In this document: positions 1 through 11,049 of the stretch, one piece after another | Layout: each line of letters opens with the position of its first letter | How positions within the stretch are numbered: position 1 is the stretch's first letter | DNA from: Macrostomum lignano | Taxonomy: Eukaryota | Reading direction: 5' to 3' | NCBI GenBank assembly: GCA_002269645.1 | Contig: NIVC01000324.1 | Location: 3,012-67,011 of the forward strand | DNA length: 64,000 nucleotides | The notes under the pieces: generated by a model | Seen by the model: the letters and a program-made list of their open reading frames with translations, nothing else | The model's database searches: none | Told to the model about the DNA's origin: nothing | Translations under genes and position numbers: made by a program

Positions 1-3000
1 GCGAATCTGGATTTGTTCGCGTCACAGTCGTCTGGAAGCGACTGTTAGTTAACAATGCATGCCGCCGAGTGCGAAAGTATCGGCGAAAAGAACGCCTTCA
101 CTGCGGCCGGGTTCAAGTGCGTCAAGTGTGCGACAGACGGAGCGGCAAATTGAGCGTGTTTGCTATTAGGCCCTACGCCAAGAGTTGCCGTTGTCATAAG
201 CGTGTGGTTCGGCGCCTACGACGATGCGGTGAGCCGATGCTCAAATTATAGATAAATGGCACTTTCCCAATAAGAGCTCATTAGCAGTGCTTCGTCTTAG
301 CTAGTTGTAGCCTACTAGTTGGAGCGTCGGGCTCACGGCTTTGAGGTCGGGGGTTCGATTCTCGACCCATTAGGAACAATTTTTGTCCTTGAGCAAGACA
401 CCTAACTCTGCATTGCGTCAGTTCACCCAGCTGTAAAATGGGTGCCAGCATTAGCTGGGGTAATTGAGGATGGGTGTGGTGACCTCCCCCCCCCCAGTCC
501 TTAGACTGAACAGCCGTACGCAGCCTTTAGATGCGCCGTGTAATAGCTTCGGCTGAGCTGTCGGTTGCACATCTGCCCATTAGTGTAGGTGTAGTCAATT
601 ATTATTCATATTATTAGTGTTATGATATCAAGTAAATCAATGCATCTTTAATAATTTTAGGCTGCCACCAGCGCCGCAAGATGAAGGTTGGAAAGTGCAA
701 CCGTCATACGTGCCGGCAGCGGCTGTTGTATTTGCGTCGAGTATTCAACAAGGCGTCCGAAGAGTGCGTATGGCGACGTTATCAAAAGCAGCGGACCTGC
801 TGCTGTAAGGGAGTGAAACGCCTGGAAAAGTGCAAGCACAAAGAGGGCCAACGAGTCGTCAAGGTTCTTAAACGTGTACTCAAACATTGGAGCTGCGTCA
901 CTGTGGCGACAGAAGTCCGTCATCAAATTAGTAAGTGAAATTAAAGCTTTGCTAGACAACTGGTAATTTTATCTATAATTTCGCAACTATTCGTTCCAGA
1001 ATGCAAGCGTCATTTGACTGTAATGAAAAAGCGTCAGAAGAACGGAGTCCTCAAGCTGGTCAAGTGTTGGACGGTGCGCAAAGGTTGCGGTTGCGGTAAA
1101 AGATGCAAAACAATGTTCCGACGCTACCGTAAGTACTGAATGTTTCGTTGTTTTCCTTTATATTCTAAAGATTGGAAGATTTGGCTCTATTGTGTCAAAG
1201 TAACAATTCATACCCACCCGACAGGCTGCAAGCGTCCATTGAAACGCAAAAGATGCATCTGCGTCAATGGCAAGTGTCGCACCCAGCTTATGTTAAAGCA
1301 TTGGCGTCTGGCCCACGGCGGATGCTACGGCCAGATCCGGGTCCGCACTCGGCCCACCGTTTGTCCGCCAGTGCTATTCAGCCAAAGCAGATGCGCCGTG
1401 CCTACAAAGTACGGCTTCTACCGTGTTAAGCGCACTGTTCACTGGCGCCAGAAGCGCTGCCGTTGTGTGCGCATCATCAAACGTCAATCTGTCGTGTGTC
1501 GCTGCTGGCGATCAAGCTCGAAAAAGCGCTGTCATCGACGACGCGGATTGATTGAGCACATCCGAGTTCACTATCGAATCAACAAGGGCCGTTGCGTGAA
1601 ATCGATCAAGCGAACGCAGCGTCGGGTGAAGTGCGGTCATAAAAACTGGCGCTATTCGCGACGAGTTGCCCACCCGAAGCGCAAGGATGTACACTTGAAG
1701 ATCTACGTAAAACACGTCCGAATTGGTTGCAATTGTAAAAAACAAATTAAGCGAGTGCCCTGCAGATCAAGGTTAGCTGCTTCTGCTAAAATTTCGAGGT
1801 CTGGGCTTCCATTAAAATATAATTAATTTTTTGTTTCTAATCTACTATTTATTTACCCCAGGTGCCGACCATGCATCAAAAAGCGTCGCTGCAGCTCCGC
1901 TGGTAGAGTACTCGTCAGTTCAAGAATTTGCTGGCACCTTTCTAATTGTCGATGCATCCGTCGAGTGGTCGTCAAACGACACCGTGTACGCTGTCCGCGT
2001 TCTCGACGTCGGACAATCTGTCATCGTAACAAAAAGTGTGCCGTTGCAATAGCCACTAAGCAATACCGTGTTCAAGGTTGCCGATGCGTAGCGAAAACCA
2101 AAGTGCATCGAACTGGCCTAAAGTGCTGCTGTCCTGGGCCAAGGAAAAGTCGCAAATGCGTCCGCGGTTCCATACGCCATCGAACTGTCCGTTACCAGTT
2201 GCGCGATGGTCGCTGCCACGCTATCGTTTCCAATGCCTTCCGACCAGTACAATGTCCCAAAAAGCGTCGCCACGTTGTTCGCGGACGCTGCCGTAACGGT
2301 CGACAGGCCTACGTCCAGCACTTTTGGACTAAGCGCGGCTGTCGATGCGTTCGAGTAAAACGCTCCTATCACCGCCGATGCGGTTGTCGGTACAAGATAG
2401 TCGAGCTGGTTGTCGCTGTGGATCTTCATTCTCCGGAGAAGGAAGGCAGTCCAAACTATCGATCGCACGTCTCCGATTTTCTTGAAGTAGTCCTGCGCCA
2501 ATTCGAATCCGGCTCAGCGAAGGTTCGCACGATGTTGTTCACATACAGCTCAACTGTGCGCAAGCATCACATCGAGTCCAGCGAGAATGATGCTTCTGCA
2601 CTGTTCAACGATTTCACTAACAGTAAGACAAATCTTTTCGGCGCTCTGAAAGCTATTAAGGCTCACCTGGTTCGCAGCAGGCGTCAATATTCGAATAAAG
2701 TCAAGCGAATCGTGCTCGTAGTGACCAGAGGAAGGCATACAAAGAGCAGGCGCTCGATTTTACTCGCGGATAAGATCAAACACATGGCTCGATTGTTCGT
2801 CATCGGATTCGGTTCGCTGCCTAAATCAGGTCGCTATGTTAAATGGTTGGCTAGCAGGCCAAGACGGGTGCATTATCTGAGGATGAAGAAGACACAAGAG
2901 TAAGTCTAGGCAATAACTCCTGACTATCCGGACATATAAGTAGTATAAACGCATATAAATTTCAAAAGTACCAAGCACAAAACATCTTGGTACTTAGTAT

Positions 3001-6000
3001 TGTTCTTAATAAGACAGAAAGCATTGAGAGGCTGGTTAAGGTCAGGTAAAGTTCCTGGACCAAGTTCCAGCGTGTTAGTGCTCGTAGTAGTAACGAAAGA
3101 TAAAATATTTACGACCCGCGCAGTCAGTAGTAAGTATTTTTAAGTAGCCAATAGTAAGTACCACTGATTTTTCAGATACAAGTTCATCGCTTCGCGAATC
3201 TTTGAGCACGCCTGTCACAAGCATTGTCGACGACGACCTAAACGTCATATTGGCAAGTGCAAGCGCGACACGTGCCGTCGTCTGCTTACCGAAGTCACGT
3301 GGCATCGTGACAAGCGCAGCGGAAAGTGCGTCCGACGTCGCCGGACAAAATCTCGCACCTGCTGCTGCAGAGGTCACAACTCGAATCGTCTGGTGTGCAG
3401 AAACGGTCGCCGACTTCGAATGATTGTCCGATACAAGTTCGACGGGCGTCGAGGCGTCTGTCATAGGCGAGTTCATAAAATCGACACTTCAGCCTCGCTA
3501 AACGCTCGCTGCCGTCCAGTCAAACTGCGACGTCGCGGCTCTTGCAATGCTAAAGGCTGGCGTCGCGACGTTTTGGTACATCGCTACGTCACTAAGAAAT
3601 CTTGTCGATGCCGCACAAAACGGCGCCACCTACGCGCTGTTCGCTGCCGTTGTCCATCGACTAGGCGTCAGCGAATATGTCGACGCAATCGACGCGGTCA
3701 TTGGTACCGTGTTACCTGCCGTATTGACTACAAACTGCATCGTCGCGGTTGCAAAAAGCGGAAAAATTGTTCAAAGCGTCGAGTCGTTTGTCGACACAAG
3801 AAAAGAGTTGTCCGGGTTCGAGGCCGGTGCCATCGACATAGCTGCCGTCGCCAAAACAGTGTAGTCACATACAGCGTTCATAAATGTCGCTGCAGGAGAA
3901 GAGTCAAGACTTTAACTCAAGTCTGCTGTAAGTATTCGTAAGAGTATTTGCATGCGTGCTTAGAATACAAAAATGCGTCTTGCTCGTTGAAAACCAGCCA
4001 CGTATGCAAAAAGCAGGCGCGGCGCATCCAAAGGCTGTGTACAGCTAGGTGCCCATAACTTCCGTCCAGAATTTTCACCACAGCTCAGGGCCATCTATCT
4101 TATCAGAGTTAGGTAAAGTGAAGCTCAACTTCATTTTTTGTCTTTTCTTACTGTGGCTATTTTGAGGGGTGACACTATACGACGTAGCCTATTAGGTTGC
4201 GCACTAACCGCGAAAAACTCTGCTTAACTTGCCTCTCTAGCAGTGAATTTACTAGCCTACTAAGCTAGGGACCTTCTGGCCTACTAGAGCGCTATTATGG
4301 CATTACAAAAGTCGCTCTATTAAAACATTTTCGGAACATTTTCAACAGGCTGCAAGCGAAAAAGTCGTAAGCACAGTTTCTGCAACAAGCGCCGACACGC
4401 TATAGTTCGAGTTAAAACGCACTACCGCCTGGTTCACGGCGCTTGTCGCCCTGTCTCGCGCAAGACGGAGCACCCCATCCGATGTCGCACCGATCGTCGT
4501 AAGCTACCGGGCCACTGCCGACGCCACAAAAACGGCTTTTATCGACGCGTAGTCACGCAGACCTGGCATCGACGTGGCTGTCGTTGCATTCGACGAACAC
4601 GTAAAAGTGGTTTGCGCCTTTGCCGATGCTCGTCGAAGAGACGCAAAGTTCAGCGCTGTCTGTCGCGACGTGGAGTGATAGTTACAATCGAGAGTTGGCT
4701 GCATCCGCGCGGCAACAGCTGTAAACTGCGCAGTCGCACCGTCGGCCGAGAGCGAGTCACCTGCAGCCATCGTCGCGTTCGAGTTAAGGGTCGCTGCGGT
4801 CGCGGCAAAGCGGCAAAGGCGGCCGCTGCTGCAGCGAAGGACGGTCGGAAATTCGCTATTGAAACTGTCACGTGGCAGCGCAGGGCTGGCTGCAAGTGCA
4901 GGCAAGTTGAAGCGTTTTTGATCTTGATTTGTTTATCTTGTCTTTTATCTTTCTGTTTTATCTTTATCGTCTTTTTGCAGACGGATCCGCCGCTCCCACG
5001 TCCGCCTCTGTGCATGTACAAAACGCGTTCGTCGAGTGACACGTTGCCATGCCAACCGCCAACTTTCGGTTACGCTTTATCATCACCGTCTGGCGCATTC
5101 TCGCAATGGATCTGCGACATGCAAAATCGTACGAAAAACTTGCCGCCACCGAGTCCGCTGCCGTCGACCAGTGATCCGCATGGGACGAAAATGTCACTCA
5201 GGCAAACGAACTGTCATCGTTAAAGTCTTCACGCCGAAGAAATGTCGCTGCAAAGCAAAACTTTACCGACGTTTGATAGCCTGCAAAGCCGCCTGCACTG
5301 ACAAGCTTCCTAGCAAGGTGTGCAAGAAGTGGGCCGCATCTCGTAAAATTAAGATTTGCCGTCGACACCCCCACTTGGCTGATCGGCTGTGCGCTGCAAC
5401 ATGTGGAAAATGTAAGCTTAGGATAGTGGAACTGTCTTCGATTTTCCATTTTTATAACTAAGTTATGACTCTATTTAATTTACCATCAAACAGGCTGCAG
5501 CAAATCGACAATCGTCCACGTAGGAGAGCACTGTCTGCTGGCTCAAAATCGTACACTGCTTGCCAGTCAAAATGATACGAGTAGCAACCATAAACTTACC
5601 CTTGCAAAGCTGACCACGTTTGAGGCCTGCAGCCGTTCCTGCTTGGCTAATCCTCACTGCCGAGCCTTTGACTATAAACGCAGCAGCGGCCACTGTCGCC
5701 TGCTCCGCATCAACCACCACAGCCTCGACCGCGACCTTCCGGAACTCAAGCCCACCCCGGGCTGCCTGCTGTTCGAAAAAGCTTGTCAACGAAAGCCAAA
5801 AGGCTGCCCGCATCGACGCATTCAGAAGTCTTGGGCCTGCGTTTGTCGTCGATTCTTTGGCAAGGATCGACGTCCGCTGTGTTATCGACGCGCTCTCGTC
5901 GCTGTTTACTTCCGACGCAGCCGCCGCCGCTGTGTCCACAAACTTCGCCGAATTTTAATTCCTTGCCACGATTGCGAGGACAAGAAGCGCTGGTGTCAAC

Positions 6001-6900
6001 AAGCCGCTCGTAAGGGCAAGTGCGCCAAGGATTCCCGCGTGAGAAAACTTTGTCCGCACAGCTGTCACAAGTGCGCCCGACATCGCACTCGGGCAGGACG
6101 CGCAGGTCATGGTCATCGGCTAATGCGCCGTCGCATTAGTGCTTGCTCCAAATCTGGCTGGCGTAAGATCGTTCGAGGTGGATTGTACTACGACAGGCGA
6201 CTGAAGCTGTGGCGAGTTTATAAGGGAGTGAGTCACAAACGCTGCATTCGCTGCCCAATCGGTTCCAGACTGATTGTTGGACGCTGCACCAAGCACGGCA
6301 AACGGAAGCTGACCTGGATTGTGGTTACTAGACACAGTCGTCGGGGTCATCACGGTCGACCCTGTCGAATCAAAAAGAAACATCGCGTGGTGAGCTGTCG
6401 CGGCTGCGGCGGACTCGATCTAGTTCGAAAAGTTGGCCATTGCGTTCGCAAGCCGGGACACGGCTGGCACCGCGTGGTGACGAGTACATTCACGGAGCGC
6501 GACAGTCGTAAGCATCGCTGCATTGTGCGCCACCATAAGAACACATTCGCGTGCTCGCCGAAGTGTCCCAAGCGTAGCGTTAGCCGGTCTCGGTGCAAGT
6601 GCGGCCGTCGCGTTGTTTGCACTCGGTATTATGTCACCTACCCCGGTCGGCGCCGCTGCGTGGCTAAGAAGATCACCCGAAGCGAGAAATGCGTCAGTGC
6701 CGCCTCTGGTAAGAACCGTCCTTGACGTCAAATTACTTTTTACAAGCATGAACAAATCCACTATAGTGATCTACAATTTCTAACTCTTTTTAGATTGCAA
6801 CGATCAAATCAAGGCGCACGATTGTCAAGCAATCAAGCACTCGGGAATGTGCTCTACGCTGCACCGTCTATGCGCGAAAACTTGCGGTCGCTGCAAGTAG
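1..6900 (+). CDS. 3' part (10 exons, ~1755 aa visible, 5'-incomplete) of a large Arg/Lys/Cys-rich repeat protein with vWA, PAN/apple and 3 ShK domains; probably secreted
   Basis: Exons join in frame with matching phases: <3-228, 661-930, 1000-1128, 1225-1771 (alternative in-frame acceptor at 1171), 1862-2899, 3176-3927, 4349-4901, 4981-5411, 5494-6708, 6794-6900 (TAG 6898-6900). Total 5268 nt = 1756 codons. Introns are GT-AG except 4902-4980 (GC-AG). AATAAA at 7013-7018. The protein is built of ~45-50 aa units with G-x-C, CxC and CCC motifs and many Arg/Lys. Confidence 0.85.
304..520 (+). mobile_element. tRNA-derived SINE with MIR/CORE-like central domain, copy 1 (intronic)
   Basis: A-box-like TAGCCTACTAGTTGG and B-box GGTTCGATTC, then GTCCTTGAGCAAGACACCTAACTCTG...CAGCTGTAAAATGGG resembling the CORE-SINE consensus. 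A second copy lies inverted at 43461-43670. Confidence 0.75.
2397..2899 (+). other. von Willebrand factor A (vWA) domain within gene 1, degenerate MIDAS
   Basis: IVELVVAVDLHS...FLEVVLRQFESGSAKVRTMLFTYSS...TNLFGALKAI...RIVLVVTRGRH...ARLFVIGFG follows the vWA beta/alpha pattern. DxSxS is changed to DLHSP and TDG to TRG. Confidence 0.75.
5294..5411 (+). other. ShK (ShKT) domain 1 of gene 1
   Basis: CTDKLPSKVCKKWAASRKIKICRRHPHLADRLCAATCGKC: six-Cys pattern ending CxxxCxxC. Confidence 0.8.
5494..5790 (+). other. PAN/apple domain of gene 1
   Basis: ...FEACSRSCLANPHCRAFDYKRSSGHCRLL matches the PAN core C-x3-C-x5-C-x-(A/S)F-x-Y-x6-C-x-L. Confidence 0.7.
5970..6075 (+). other. ShK domain 2 of gene 1
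   Basis: CEDKKRWCQQAARKGKCAKDSRVRKLCPHSCHKC. Confidence 0.8.
6794..6900 (+). other. ShK domain 3 (terminal exon of gene 1)
   Basis: The exon is too short for the ORF track. Manual translation gives (D)CNDQIKAHDCQAIKHSGMCSTLHRLCAKTCGRCK*, in phase with the donor at 6709. Confidence 0.8.
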
Positions 6901-7012
6901 CATTTGCGCTCCGAAACTGAAAACTTTATTCAAAGCACTCAAAGCACTCTGGTCAAGAAAACTGATTACATTTGTTGTGGTGGTTGAACTGAAGCGAGTG
7001 ACGCTACTCAAA

Positions 7013-7018
7013 AATAAA
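7013..7018 (+). promoter_or_regulatory. polyadenylation signal of gene 1
   Basis: AATAAA 113 nt downstream of the stop codon. Confidence 0.55.
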
Positions 7019-7686
7019 ACCATTTAGCTGACGAAATTATATTTATCATTTGACGCTCAACTGACTTTGCGTGCCTTATTTAGGGTAATTAAGCTCTCAA
7101 TTATAATTAAGTTAGGCTGTGTTAAGTTAGACTTGAAAAAAAGGTAAAGTTGCATGCTAAATGGACTAATTTGACCCCAAAAATGCACTCAGTTTGTCGT
7201 GATTAAGCCATTTCGAGCCCGCGAAATCTGTCACAAAGTCAGTCAGGCTTGTCTCTAAAATGAGACACTAGATTATAGAAAGGGAGACGAGGTTGCTCAA
7301 AGCTAAGGAAGGTCCTTCGAAGCGGTCGCATTCACTTCTTCCTTAGTTAACGGGTTGGGCAGGTAATTGAGTTAAACGAAAAAAGAAGGTAGGTAGAAAA
7401 GAAATAAGAGGTTGGACGGTCTGAAGCTGAGAGACGTCAGTCACTTCCTTCTATAAAGGCGTCTGCCCGGATTCAAACCAGCCTGCCTAACCTCATATTT
7501 CCGTGCGCTTAACCCTTCTCAGTTCCTCGTCATAAGGAAGCTTTTATATCCTTCGTGCCTGGAGTTCTCTTTCTCAGTCTCTCATTAGCGGCGAATTTTG
7601 TAAAGCTGCAACTGACCATGGAATGGGTGACAAGTAGATCTTCTCGCCTTAGTAATTCTACTTATCCTGACTGTGGTGCTACACAG

Positions 7687-7862
7687 TGAGCAGGCACACA
7701 AGCGCGCGGATACGTACGCAGTCATACGCACAGGCACACACTCACACAGGACAGTACATCTGCCCTAACTTCAATAATTATCGTTAGGGGCGTTAATTGC
7801 ACGAGCAGAGCGAAGCCGAGATTCAAATTTTGCCTCAAATTAATGTGACTGCACTTGGAATC
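7687..7862. repeat. dispersed ~280-bp repeat family A, copy 1 (internally deleted)
   Basis: Shares GTCATACGCACAGGCACACACTCACACAGG...TGCACGAGCAGAGC...AAATTAATG-GACTGCACTTGGAATCG with copies at 22824-23106, 31837-32110 and 37146-37353. Confidence 0.75.
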
Positions 7863-8581
7863 GCTAGACCACTGACTCTGGTGCTGATGAAAAGCTTTAG
7901 GTATTGCTGACCTGGTCTACCTAAGTAACACTCCATAGTTTATTAATATACTTGAAGCAATTGACTCAATGGTGATACTTTAGCGCCTATTGTATCAGAT
8001 TTTGCGATTCAACTACTCAGATGTAGGGATGAACGTATTTATACTGTGTATAGTTATTGACTAAGCGAGACTTCACTCAACGAGAAATCGGTCCTGCAGT
8101 TGGATTAGGAGCAAATATAGTTAATACAGAGAGAGCATTGTCAACAGAACCGACATAAAGAGAGAGAGATTGCAATGCATTGCTACCTACAAATAAACCG
8201 TATATTATCGATTGCAAAAGCAATTTGCAATGAATATGAATGAGTAGATGAAGCACCTGGCTAGTTACTCTAGTTTATTAGTATTGGCTCCTAAAAATGT
8301 AAGATTCTGCAGGGGAAAATACCGACTGAGACAAGCTGAAATACCGCCAGTTCAATTAGCGCCTTCCCTTATTTAATAACATCAGCGCGAAGCTGGTACG
8401 CAATGAAAAAAGCCACATCACTTTCAAGGCAGGAAATTTGTTTTCTGAGTTGCCTGGATTTATCGTCACACTATCTGATGTTGTACTTGTCGTTGCGTGC
8501 TATAACCACGGAGAAAACCATAGCATTCTGATATTTGAACTATAGTTTAGATGTAACAACAACGGCGAAAATGTCTCATTT

Positions 8582-9965
8582 TGTCTGCCTGTCTATCTGT
8601 CTGCCTGCCTGTTTTAGTGTCAGTCTATCTTCGTTCTGCCTGTCTGTCTTAGTGTCTGTGTCTTAGTGTCTGTCTGTCTGTCTATCTATCTTAGTGTCTG
8701 TCTGTCTTAGTGTCTGTCCGTCTGTCTGTCCGTCTGTCCGTCTGTCTGTCTATCTGTCTGCCTGCCTGTTTTAGTGTCAGTCTATCTTCGTTCTGCCTGT
8801 CTGTTTTAGTGTCTGTGTCTTAGTGTCTGTCTGTCTTAGTGTCTGTCTGTCTTAGTGTCTGTCTGTCTTAGTGTCTGTCTGTCTGTCTGCCTGTCTATCT
8901 GTCTGCCTGCCTGTTATAGTGTCAGTCTATCTTCGTTTCTGCCTGTCTATCTTAGTGTCTGTGTTTTAGTGTCTGTCTATCTTAGTGTCTGTGTCTTAGT
9001 GTCTGTCTGTCTTAGTGTCTGTCTGTCTCTCTGCCTGTCTATCTTAATGTCTGTCTGTCATAGTGTCTGTCTGTCTGTCTCTCTGCCTGTCTATCTTAAT
9101 GTCTGTCTGTCTTAGTGTCTGTCTGTCTGTCTCTCTGCCTGTCTATCTGTTTGCCTGCCTGTTTTAGTGTCATTCTATCTTCGTTTCTGCCTGTCTATCT
9201 TAGTGTCTGTGTCTTAGTGTCTGTCTGTCTTAGTGTCTGTCTATCTTAATGTCTGTCTGTCTTAGTGTCTGTCTGTATGTCTGCCTGTCTATCTGTCTGC
9301 CTGCCTGTTATAGTGTCAGTCTATCTTCGTTTCTGCCTATCTATCTTAGTGTCAGTGTTTTAGTGTCTGTCTATCTTAGTGTCTGTGTCTTAGTGTCTGT
9401 CTGTCTTAGTGTCTGTCTGTCTCTCTGCCTGTCTATCTGTTTGCCTGCCTGTTGTAGTGTCATTCTATCTTCGTTTTTGCCTGTCTATCTTAGTGTCTGT
9501 GTCTTAGTGTCTGTCTGTCTTAGTGTCTGTCTATCTTAGTGTCTGTCTGTCTGTCTTAGTGTCTGTCTGTCTGTCTTAGTGTCTGTCTGTCTGTCTTAGT
9601 GTCTGTCTGTCTTAGTGTCTGTCTATCTTAGTATCTGTCTGTCTGTCTTAGTGTCTGTCTGTCTTAGTGTCTGTCTGTCTCTCTGCCTGTCTATCTGTTT
9701 GCCTGCCTGTTTTAGTGTCATTCTATCTTCGTTTTTGCCTGTCTATCTTAGTGTCTGTGTCTTAGTGTCTGTCTGTCTTAGTGTCTGTCTATCTTAGTGT
9801 CTGTCTGTCTGTCTTAGTGTCTGTCTATCTTAGTGTCTGTCTGTCTGTCTGCCTGTCTATCTGTCTGCCTGCCTGTTATAGTGTCAGTCTATCTTCGTTT
9901 TTGCCTGTCTATCTTAGTGTCTGTGTTTGTCTGCCTTCCTGCCTGTTTTAGTGTCTGTCTGTCTT
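8582..9965. repeat. compound microsatellite/low-complexity array (TCTG, TTAGTG, CTAT units) with higher-order blocks
   Basis: Directly visible. The ORFs here (SVCL repeats) are artefacts. Confidence 0.95.
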
Positions 9966-10331
9966 TCTATGCATTTCAAAGCATCGTGACTCATTGCATT
10001 AGCGGTCTTCATTCGTTTCCAAGCTTTACTTTGATAAAAATTTGCAACTAGCTATACGCCCAAACTCATAAATCTGCACTTTAATCTGCAATATAACACG
10101 TTTTATCCACCTGGAAATCAGAAATTTTCAGTTTCTCTCCTTCCCCCACCGCGATTCCCTCTCAACTGATCTTCACTTCCCCGGCAATTCACCTCATCCC
10201 TACTGTATCCCGAACGGGCTACAGGATTGGTCAAATTTGCCGTCCCATCATGATATTTAGCATCTCCGCCTAGAGAACTCATCCAGCCACTTTCAAATTG
10301 AACCTTGCCGCCTGCAATATCAGCCAGAGCC

Positions 10332-10952
10332 ATGTCTCCGACCGCAACTTTGGCGTCCGCAACTTGGCCAGTCTGTTTGGCACTCGTCACCTCGGCTATC
10401 AGCGCGGGCGTACTGGTGGCAGCGGCTCTCTACTGCTGCCTCCGGGACACAAGTCGGTTCACCTGCTGCGGCGCTGAGTTTTACTTTGCCTCCGAACTGT
10501 CGTCCTGGAGCGACTACGACGAACCCGGATGTACATGTAGCAGCGGAATCGGTGACGCCGCTACCACATCCGGCAGCCACTATTCAACGCACTGTCGATA
10601 TCAGCGTCAGGCTGCACTGTTGTCCTCACCGACAATGTTTCAGCAGCAGGGCGACAACTACAGCCTCAGGCTTCAACCGATGACCTCATCGACTGTGATT
10701 AGTAACCACAGCAACGCGAGCTCACTACCTGTAACGCCTCGAACCGTGGATGAAACTCGAGTGCTGTTAGTACCCACGGTAGTCGAACTAGACGACGACG
10801 AAGAATGCGACGAGTTTGTTGATGGCGACAATGGAGCTTTGCAAACAGCTACTGTGTCGTCTCGGTTTGCTGCTCTGATCAATAGCGGATCTAGTGGGTC
10901 AGCTGGACAGCGAATGGGAGCTGAAGCGCCTTGTAGACGAGAGTGTGTGTAG
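10332..10952 (+). CDS. putative single-pass membrane protein, 206 aa, unknown function
   Basis: GCC-ATG start and a GC-rich open frame. N-terminal hydrophobic stretch (WPVCLALVTSAISAGVLVAAALYCCL) followed by a Ser/acid-rich tail. No family recognised. Confidence 0.45.
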   Translation: MSPTATLASATWPVCLALVTSAISAGVLVAAALYCCLRDTSRFTCCGAEFYFASELSSWSDYDEPGCTCSSGIGDAATTSGSHYSTHCRYQRQAALLSSPTMFQQQGDNYSLRLQPMTSSTVISNHSNASSLPVTPRTVDETRVLLVPTVVELDDDEECDEFVDGDNGALQTATVSSRFAALINSGSSGSAGQRMGAEAPCRRECV

Positions 10953-11049
10953 CGATGTACGTTGAATAGTTGAAGAACGTTTTGCTGACCAAGAATTGCG
11001 TAACCTGCTTTGAAATTTACTTACAGTACGCGTACTTTGATAGCAGCCT

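Noticed and set aside
304-375. tRNA gene
   Set aside because: A and B boxes are present, but there is no complete cloverleaf or acceptor stem. It continues into a SINE body found in two copies.
8855-10051. ORFs encoding SVCL/LSV repeats
   Set aside because: They are translations of microsatellite sequence.
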